This document shows, one piece after another, positions 54,912-64,000 of a stretch of 64,000 nucleotides of DNA. The stretch is from positions 28,148,001-28,212,000 of the forward strand of contig NC_042999.1 of assembly GCF_006345805.1 (NCBI RefSeq), written 5' to 3'. The notes under the pieces were generated by a model. It worked only from the letters and a program-made list of their open reading frames with translations, was not told the DNA's origin and made no database searches. A program made the translations under genes and the position numbers. Origin of the DNA: Octopus sinensis (lineage: Eukaryota). Position 1 is the stretch's first letter. Every line of letters starts with the position of its first letter.

Positions 54912-55925
54912 ATATATGTATATAGCTATAAAAAAATAGAAGAAAAACGCAATAGAGGACAATAAAACATTCGGACAAATAGACGGTACAAAAGCGGACA
55001 GGAAAAATGAAAATTACAAGGACAAGGAAAAAGTCCGGTCATTCGTGGCCTGCTTTCCTCAGTTAAGTTACCAGAAGGCTTTACTGTTTCGGGTGGTTAT
55101 ACTTTTGAGACAGTTGGATCTAGTTGCCCCCACAAAAAGTCTAAGCTAAAGGCATTAAATTTTTTTGTAAAAAAGCGCTAACGAATGTGTACAGAAACAA
55201 AGACAAGAAACGGAGAACATGGTACACAATCACAAATACAAACAACAAGAGTATAACAACAGGTGTCTTTCGACTGAGAACGAATCAAACTGAGCTGGTG
55301 TGTATGAAATGAAAGCCTAAAGGCAAGAACATTGGAGATAGACATAAGAGATATTGGCGGTCGGCAGTCAGGCCAAGACAGAAAAATTATGGCTGACTGG
55401 ATACTGGTCACATTGACGGAGGAGAGAGGGGTATGGGCAGCGGTTTTGAAGGATTAGAAGAAAACATCAGAGACAAAGGGAAAGGTACAAGAGAGATAAA
55501 GGAGGAGGAAATGTAGGAGTTAAAGAAAGAGAGAGCCAAGAAATGTGTGTGTGAGAGAGAGAGAGAGGAGGAGGAGGAGCGAGAAAAAGAAAAGAAGATG
55601 AAAGCATGAGGGGACTAAAAGAGAGTCGTACAACATTTAGAGACATACTTACAATAAAGTGAGCACAAGTGTGTACGTACGCCGCTATATGTATATATAA
55701 TTATACAAAATGGAACAAAAACGCAATAGAGGACAAAAAACATTCGGACAGATAGACGATACAAAGGCGGCCAGGAGAAAGAACACTTACAAGGACAGGG
55801 AAAAAAATACGGGTCATTCGTGGCCTTCTTTCCTCAGTCAAGTAACCAGAAGTCCTTACTGTTTCGGGCAGTTACACTTGAGGCAGTTCGATCTGGTTGC
55901 CCTCCGCCTAAAGCCTACGCTAAGA
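54912..55925 (-). repeat. Two copies (~54940-55150 and ~55715-55925) of a repeat family also at ~36100-36255; probable pLTR fragments
   Basis: Shared AAACGCAATAGAGGAC...GGTCATTCG...TTTCCTCAGT; minus strand has GAAA-cag-TA but no recognisable CUGANGA in register. Confidence 0.55.
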
Positions 55926-56942
55926 CCATTGGCCATGCCGGGACACCACTTTGGAGAATTTCTTGTCGGAGGAATCGACTCCAGTATTTATTATTTTAAG
56001 TCTGGTACTTATTTTGCGGAACCGCTAAGCTACAGGGACGTAAACACACCAGCACCGGTTGTCAAGTGGTGGTGAGGGACAAATACAGACACAAAGACAC
56101 ACACACACACGCGCGCACACGCACACATAAACACACACAATTTTGTAGTTATAAGAAATAAGAAATGTGCAAGGGATAGGTGACAACTGGTTGAAGAAAC
56201 GAGCCAACGAACGAACGAACGAATCAATTAACCAACCAACCAACCAACTAACCAAGTGTCTGATATGTTAAAGCATTATTTTCTTTTTTCCCTTTCGTTT
56301 TGAAACTCACTCATTGTCCTTTCGAAGTCTTTTCTGTTTGCATAAAACTCTTGCAGGGCTACGATTTCTTTTATTGTACAAACAAATGTGAATTCACAAG
56401 AAACAAAATCTTATGCAGCGAAGTTTCCTCTTGGGGTTATAGGACAAGAACAACTTGTAAATAATTTATTATTAACTGACCAAGGAAGAAAAAGTGCAGA
56501 TTGGGACAGAATGATCTTTAGACTTACAGTGAATATAGCAGCCTCTCAGTTTATGCACACGCACACACACACACACACACACACCACACACACACACACA
56601 CACATATGTACACACACACAGTTACATAATACAAATGTATGTATGTGGTAGCGTGTGTGTGTGTGGTCAGAAACTCTTTAGTGTTCAATGTATTTCTTCT
56701 AGTTTTTAGAAATTTAGAATAAGTATATTCTAGCAAAAATCAAAAATGTATTTTTGTTTTAAAGAGCTTACACATTTCCTCCTGCTCCTCCTCCTGCTCC
56801 TTCTCTTTCTCCTCCACCTCCTCCTCCACCTCCTCCTCCTCCTCCTCATCATCATCATTCTCTTCCTCCGCCTCCTCCACATCATCATCATTCTCCTCCT
56901 CCTCCTCCTCCTCCTTGTAGTCGTCGTCGTCATCGTCATCAA

Positions 56943-56981
<39 letters not shown>

Positions 56982-57249
56982 GTCATCACTTACAATTATC
57001 ACGCTAACCGTCCATCTCACCCCCCCTTTTGTTTCGACGTTAGCTGCCGTGCTCTCTGAGAGGAGACATGATGGAGCAACTCAGAGCTTTTGTTATGCTC
57101 TACAAAAACAGAGTGAGTTTGAGCAAGGGATCTAGCAACTTCTTCCCCTAAAAATGGAATTGATGCACAGTACAGCAAGGAATAGAAATGAAGAACAGAA
57201 GACAATGGCTATATATATATATATCGATAAGAAGTTGAGAAATTCGTAT

Positions 57250-58120
57250 TTTCCCAAAATATGTTCAGCGTAAATGGAGATGTTCAACTGTTTATAGATG
57301 ATCACTTTCTACTAGGTTGTAAATAGGTTACAAAGGAGTGCACTTAAATATCTATAAACACTGTGCGTTCAAATCTTCCGCTTACATTTAAATAAGTTCC
57401 ATGTGCTCCAAAAATTGACCTAACTGTAAATAGGCCCCGTGAATTAGTTCAGTGCGCCTTAACTATACATAGGGCACACAAATTTGGGCAGTCGACACAT
57501 GGTCCCATGTGTTAGTGCAGTTCAATTATCTATGAATAGATTCCATGAGTTAGTGCAGTCCATCTTAGATATACGTAGGCCCAGGCCACATGTATTGGCG
57601 CAGTCTACTTAAATGTAAACAGGTCCCATGTGCTGCTGTAGTCCACCTACCTGTGAACAGACCCCATGTGTTAATGTATTGCTCTTACAAGTCCCATATT
57701 TAGCTGCAGTCCATCTGGCCGTAAATAAATCCCATATGTTGGTGTAGTCCGCAATTAGTTGTAAGTCGGTACTTCTAAGGAAGCTGCCTTCCTTTTAGCC
57801 GCAAGTAGGTGCCATTGTACTACGTGTTGTCCTGTTATCTGTAAAGATGTACCTCTATGGTGCATACATTCTACCTAGCTGTAATACGGTAGCACTGTGG
57901 ATAGGTGCAGTTGTGCTGGTAATGAATAGGTACCCCTGTGAATAAGTACAATCCTTGTAGCTGATAATTAGTATCATCGCAATAGGTACAGATCACCTAA
58001 TTGTAAATATGTACCACGTGGTTATATAATCCACCCAACTGTGAATTATTACTTTGTGGTTATTTAATCTTTCTAAAAGTAAATAGGAATCAGTGGGGGT
58101 ACAATACCCTTGTCAATAAA
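57250..58120. repeat. Highly degenerate ~38-41-bp minisatellite (about 20 units)
   Basis: Recurring TGTAAATAGG-like motif; rough consensus AGCTGTAAATAGGTCCCATGTGTTAGTGCAGTCCACCT. Confidence 0.75.
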
Positions 58121-59231
58121 TAAACTGAATTTCCTTCGTTGGTTTCGACGGTGACCATTCATTTCTTTTTCACTGAACTCCTTTGATCATTAAATTAACA
58201 TGTAAGTAACTGTAAAGGGACGTGTATGAACCTTTTGTGTAATTCTCAGACAAAATTATGGCCACCTAAAGTTCATCCGATGAGCTTCTGTACATTTTCT
58301 GTATACCCAGATCCAATCATAAAGTTTTGTCAATCCTAGGTGAGGATTTTAAAATAAAAAACGATAAGCACTTACCCAAGGTTCCACCGAATGGGATGGA
58401 GCCCAGCACCTCCTGGGTTCGAAGATGGCTTCTTTATATCCTAGCCATGCTTGCGTCTGGACGTACGTACATCTAACTTTGGCAAGTACAGCTTACAGAA
58501 TACCTATACACATAAATAGATGTACGGACATACAGTCACATAACACACATACACGCACACAGAGAAACCACACTAAATGTACACGTCCATTTAGCTGTAC
58601 ATAGGTAGTACGAGCAGTGTAATGTCAACCTGGGTGCCATGAGTCGAACTTGCAGTCGATGGGACTGTGTCAAAAAGGCGGCGAATGTCTCGCAGAATTT
58701 GCCCCAAGTGTCACCGCTCTGTGTTCAAATCTCAGCGAGATCAATTTTATTTTTCATCCTTCCGGAGTTTTTAAAAATAAAATTCACAGTGTTGGAATGA
58801 AGGTACAATTACAATGGGAGACCAAAGTAACCTTGCGGTATTTGTCCCGGCTCTTTTTTGTTCTGAATCTTGGATTAACAGCACCACATGGCATCTTGGG
58901 TATTTTTACCGGGGTCACCATTTTACGCAGTGATTCTAGTAAGGTTTCCGTTTAGAAGATACATTCCTCCCTCTATCCCGCCCACTACTGAGGCCTTAAT
59001 GCATATAAAACACAGACACATCACCACATACTTACACACTGGGTCAAAATGAAGGTTATTGATTTATAACACGTTTTAGAATAACAAGGGAACGTATACT
59101 GATGCGATCACCCAATCGCTAAATGGTTATTGTTTACGAACACCTCAGGTATCATATATTGGTATTTTCTACCATGTACATTTGTATATTCGTGCTACTC
59201 AGAAATCAGTACATGCAACACTCACATACAC

Positions 59232-59282
<51 letters not shown>

Positions 59283-59294
<12 letters not shown>

Positions 59295-59679
59295 AATGAG
59301 GTAATCAGATCGGATGGTTCATATTTATAGATATTTATTTATACATTACATTTTTTACATATATATCATATCATTCAGATCATATCATTCGGATTAGCGC
59401 TTTCTCCCAATCGAGTGGGGTTTTCAAATCAAATCAATTCCTTGTGGGTAATTTGAACATTTTATAGTTTCGTAGTAGTGGTGGGGAGGAATAATTGATT
59501 TGATTTGAAAACCCACTCGATTGGGAGAAAGCGCTAATCCGAATGATATGATCTGAATGATATGATATATATGTAAAAAATGTAATATATAAATAAATAT
59601 CTATAAATATGAACCATCCGATCTGATTACCTCATTTTTTCTAATATATAATACCTGTACATCATCTCCAAACCTTCCA

Positions 59680-59680
<1 letters not shown>
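59283..59680 (+). mobile_element. Tiny fold-back PLE derivative (inverted pLTR plus pLTR) in (TA)n
   Basis: Near-perfect ~157-bp arms at 59283-59439 and 59493-59650, ~53-nt spacer, ~30-nt unique 3' tail; same architecture as 46637-50250. Confidence 0.85.
59502..59539 (+). ncRNA. Minimal hammerhead, U3-A8 variant (mirror copy at 59392-59430 on -)
   Basis: gat-TTGAAAA(59505-11)-ccca ctcgat tggg-a-GAAA-gcgc-TA-atc; palindromic AGCGCT stem III. Confidence 0.6.
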
Positions 59681-59716
<36 letters not shown>

Positions 59717-60085
59717 ATATATATACATACACACATACAACACACACTCAATACACACACACAACACAAAAACACTCACACATATAAGTATATTGGGGTT
59801 TGGGCTCAACAGGGGGTTGGGTTCTCCTGAAATCATCAACCGCTTTACAGAATCATTTTCTATGCCATAGGGTGAACTAAAATTCCCAATTTTACCAGGC
59901 TGGTTCGGTTGGTATTACCGGTTGAATAACTGACAGCTCAACCATGCACAGGTGGAATACTCTTACACTTCACTCGCTGGTTATCAGATCGCTAACTCAC
60001 GCATTATAATGCACTCCCGTATATATTTACAAAGTAAAATAGTAGTTTCTTATTAATTTGTTAGCTTTTGTTATCGAAAACTATA

Positions 60086-60455
60086 GGAGCACTCTGTCGG
60101 TTACGACGATGAGGGTCCCAGCTGATACGATCAACGGAACAGCTTTCTCGTGGAATTAACGTGCAAGTGGCTGAGCACTCTACAGACACGTGTACCCTTA
60201 AGGTAGTTCTCGAGGAGATTCAGCGTGACAAGGCTGACCCTTTGAAATACAGGTACATCAGAAACAGGAAGAAAGAGTGAGAGAAAGTTGTGGTGAAAGA
60301 GTACAGCAGGGTTCACCACCACCCCCTGCAGGAGCCTTGTGAAGCTTTAGGCGTTTTCGCTCAATAAACACTCACAATGCCCGGTCTGGGAATCGAAACC
60401 GCGATCCTACGACCGCGTGTCCGCTGCCCTAACCACTGGGCCATTGCGCCTCTAC
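60086..60455 (-). mobile_element. SINE family C
   Basis: TSD TATCGAAAACTATA at 60072-60085 and 60456-60469. Confidence 0.9.
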
Positions 60456-60599
60456 TATCGAAAACTATAACGTAACAATTAAGATTTCCTGCGAGTGTAC
60501 TCTTAGAATTAAGAGATAAAAGAATTCTCAGGTTTCTTAAAAGTGCAAAATGAAATAAAGATTTATTGTTTTTAACAAGTGGGTCATTCTTTGATGAGA

Positions 60600-60745
60600 A
60601 CTTTGTATTCAGTATAACTACTGTGTTCGTTATAATTATTGTGTTCATTATAATTATTGTGTTCATTAAAATCAGTGTATTCATTGGAATTTTTGCGTTC
60701 ATTATAATCTGTGCATTAGTCATAATCAGTGAGATTATGAAACTG
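60600..60745. repeat. Degenerate 18-bp minisatellite
   Basis: Repeats of (T)TCATTATAATTATTGTG-like units. Confidence 0.7.
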
Positions 60746-61844
60746 GTAATTGTATCAATGACGCTTTTGCTTACGAAATAATGCTATAACGTTCATGTTA
60801 TTCGATTGTGCATTAACTGTCTTCTTGCTAACATTCACAGACAACTGTTTTAACTGAACATTTACAGCTTAAATCTTGCGCGTTCGAAGGCAGTACGTAG
60901 AAACTTCAATTGGGTATCACTGTTCTCTACACAACTGTAGAAATGTTAATTTTATAACTTGTAATATTATTTATAACTATTTCAGTAAATTCACTTACTC
61001 CATATACAATGTACTTGATAAAATCGATATCAATTAAATAATGATAATTATTTTATTGATATCAAATAGCTGATGCATCGAATCAAGCTCAAATCCATTT
61101 AGAATCGAAAGTTAGTGATTTAGAATTACATTATGAAATGAGAAGTGTGTAGTGGAGCTGTGACCATGTGTACCGAGCTTTGGGACAACTAAACAATGAC
61201 AGAAGCCGAAAGCATAACATTTCTAAGGAAATATTCTTCAGTATAATTTAACATATAAATAAAATAAAGAATTCATAAACTAATTTGGTTATTATTTTTT
61301 CAATAATACAAAGAATCACAGTAACAAATTTAATGTCAAGCGATCTCTATTTTAAACAATAACGTTGGTGATAAAACATTTAATATTTAATGCAGGAAGC
61401 AATAAAATTCTAATCGATAGAATTTGCAATATTCATATTTACAATTAATTAGTAAAATTACTGATTACCTACCATTTTTATAAGTTAAACATATAAATCT
61501 AAATTACACTTATATATAAATTACAACTGTTTTTAATAAAATTAATGTTAATTTCAAAGAGGAAAGAAGATTCATTTTTGTATAATTTCCACTTAAAAAT
61601 AGTGCCGAAAGCACAGTAAAATTTAATCTCGAGTAATATTCATTAATTGGATTGCCATAGAGTTAATACTTTATTATGGTAGTGAAATAAGTTTCTAAAC
61701 ATACATACATACATACACACACACACATACATACATACATACATACATACAAACATACATACATACATACATACATACATACATACATACACTTTTATAT
61801 ACATATTATATAATGCATGTAAGCAGAATCCTCGTGACATACAC

Positions 61845-62290
61845 AAAGTGTGATGACAGGCCGGAAGAGAAGTCTAGAGTTCTAGCGAACTGCACTTCAA
61901 CGAATATGATGTTTTTTTTAGTAAATAAGCAACACCGCTGAAATTTGACTGTATGGTTAGACTATATGAAAGTATTTGACTTTCAACCTCATTTATACCA
62001 AAGCCATTACACAAGTATCCAAGTACATGTCATCAAAAGATCGACAACAATAATGTCTAGTGAGTTACTGGTAAGAAACAAAGCTAATACAGTCACAAAC
62101 ACAATTAGGTTAACAACAGGAATTTCGTTGTATGACAATTGACCTGTAATGCATTCTTGTTTCAATTCTGTTAAAGTATTGCGCAGGCTACGCGATAAGA
62201 TCTGCAGAGGAGAGAAAAATAAACTATTTATGGACAATATGTAATATTCCCGACACCAAGAGGATTTAGAACTAGCAACCCCATTCTTGT
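61845..62290 (+). mobile_element. Very decayed RLE LINE RT fragment, related to 1-400
   Basis: TVWLDYMKVFD resembles AVWLDYKKAFD; lies just after a (CATA)n tract. Confidence 0.5.
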
Positions 62291-63549
62291 CACACACACA
62301 CATACACACACACTCACACTTACCACATCCGTCGAAGAGACATAGGGTCAAAGGCTTTCCATCCATGTCTATCTCGTATTTTAGTAGTCTTTATGATTAT
62401 TTTATTCAATATCTTTTGATAATGTTAAAGCAATGAAATTTGATGTGGCATATATGGCTGCTATTTCTAGTAGATCTAACGGCCAAATAGATGCATTCAT
62501 TCGTTGTCTTTAGTGAAATGTATTTGTTCGCCAGGTGAGCATGGCCAATGGCAGAATAAACCTTTTATTCGGCAGTCTTACACTCTCGCAATGAAACGTA
62601 AAATTTCCAGTACAGAGGAAACCATTTAAACAATACTTGAAGGTAAATGCAAGAAATTTGTTAAGCAACATTTGATACGTACAAGCGTCTTTTCATATCT
62701 TATAATTTATAAAACATTGAAGAGACTAATTCAATAACTCACAAGAACTATAGAATCTTCTACATACTAAAGAAACAGAAGAACAAAGAACGACAATTGA
62801 GTTTGTTGGTGAAAGCCCACTCGGTGAAAGAATGGATCACTTTAGATCTCAAATACACCTTTCAACAATCCATTGAACCAACAGCCTTTATTTTAACATT
62901 CTCCCACAGAATTGTATTTATGTGTTTCAGTACATGTCACGTTTTGTACCACTACATTTGGATTTATAATAAAATTGAGATAAGTACATTGAATAAACTA
63001 ATACATTATCACGTTTTCCCCTTGTTGGGCTACACGAATTTTTATATTAGATTTTCAATCTAATATCATTCACGTTGCTTTTTCTTTCGGTAGTTTATTT
63101 ATCAATTTTGTATTTTATTCTATTTTAGTAAGTTATTGCCTGTGTAGGAAACACATCCATGAAATACCTGTTTCATTCAAGAAGGATACAATTTGTTTTA
63201 TTTTCAGTTGGATGCCTTTCCTGCTGACAACTCTATAACTAGAGGAAGTCACGTTTGGTTCCTACGTAAGTTAGAAGAACAAAATTATAACACCTACTTA
63301 TTTACAAGTGAAAAAATAAAACGTCTTCATTATCACATCACTAGCGCTATCCCTATTACCGTCATCATCATCTCCATCAGCATTATCACACTTACACCAC
63401 CCCCTCTTTCACCACATCATCAACGCTATCATCATCATCATCATCATCACCAGCAGCAGCAGCAGCAGCATTTAGGGCATATATAGTCGATAAATACTTT
63501 ACCTTATCTACAGAAATGTATTACTCTGTACCAATGTAAACTCGCTGAT

Positions 63550-63616
63550 TTCTTCTTCTTCCTCTTCTTTCTCTACATCTTCTTCTTATTCCTCCTCTTC
63601 TTCCCCTTCTCTCTTC

Positions 63617-63647
<31 letters not shown>

Positions 63648-63791
63648 CTTCTTCTTCTTCTTCCACTTCTTATTGTTCTTCTTCTCCTTCTTCGCCTTCT
63701 TCCTTTTCTCTCTCCACTTCTTCTTCTTCTTCTTCTTCCACTTCTTATTGTTCTTCGTCTCCTTCTTCGCCTTCTTCCTTTTCTCTCTCCA

Positions 63792-63825
<34 letters not shown>

Positions 63826-63990
63826 TTCTTCTTCCCCTTCTTCTTCTTCTTCTTCTTTCTCCACTTCTTCCCCTTCTTCTCTTTCTTCCTTTTCTCTCTC
63901 TCTCTCTTCTTCTTCTTCCTCTTCTTTCTCTGCTTCTTTTTCATCTACTTTCTCCACTTCTCCTCCTCCCCCTTCTTCTCCTTCATCTTC
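63550..63990. repeat. Polypyrimidine (CTT)n-rich tract with ~75-bp higher-order duplication
   Basis: Almost pure C/T; CCACTTCTTATTGTTCTTC at 63663 and 63738. Confidence 0.9.
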
Positions 63991-64000
63991 ATCATCATCA

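Noticed and set aside
56730-57135. Poly-Met/Arg (protamine-like) and poly-Leu/Ile ORFs
   Set aside because: Compound (CCT)n(CAT)n microsatellite.
57250-58120. CRISPR-like periodicity
   Set aside because: Units are uniformly degenerate with no constant repeat and unique spacer pattern, there are no cas genes, and the context is eukaryotic.
60361-60781. MNTIII-repeat ORFs
   Set aside because: An 18-bp minisatellite running into a SINE, open on both strands by composition.
63200-63272. Apparent micro-exon (TTTTCAG...GTAAGT)
   Set aside because: There are no partner exons or recognisable protein, and the start resembles a common repeat tail (GGATGCCTTTCCTG).
63615-63957. Lys-rich and Glu-rich ORFs
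   Set aside because: They are readings of the (CTT)n tract with no other coding evidence.

Overview
This is an AT-rich, microsatellite-dense eukaryotic window with a 100-N gap at 40485-40584. The tRNA-derived SINE families and the (TA)n/(TAA)n/(CATA)n content suggest an octopus genome (inference). I could not support any intact host gene; nearly all listed ORFs are microsatellite or SINE artefacts. The window is a transposon graveyard containing restriction-like-endonuclease (RLE) non-LTR retrotransposons (R4/Dong-like tandem copies in TAA repeats, plus a HERO-like relic), CR1/L2-like and L1/Tx1-like 3' ends, three SINE families, two mariner relics, two MITEs with 8-bp TSDs and two non-autonomous Helitrons. 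It also holds several Penelope-like elements (PLEs), including a near-full-length decayed copy at 46637-50250 with an inverted pseudo-LTR (pLTR). The main discovery is a set of at least six unrelated hammerhead-ribozyme (HHR) motifs in PLE-derived, mostly (TA)n-associated elements. Together they show three Watson-Crick versions of the core 3-8 tertiary pair (C3-G8, U3-A8, G3-C8), and two sit in tiny non-coding fold-back elements with an HHR copy on each strand. All structures were folded by eye.
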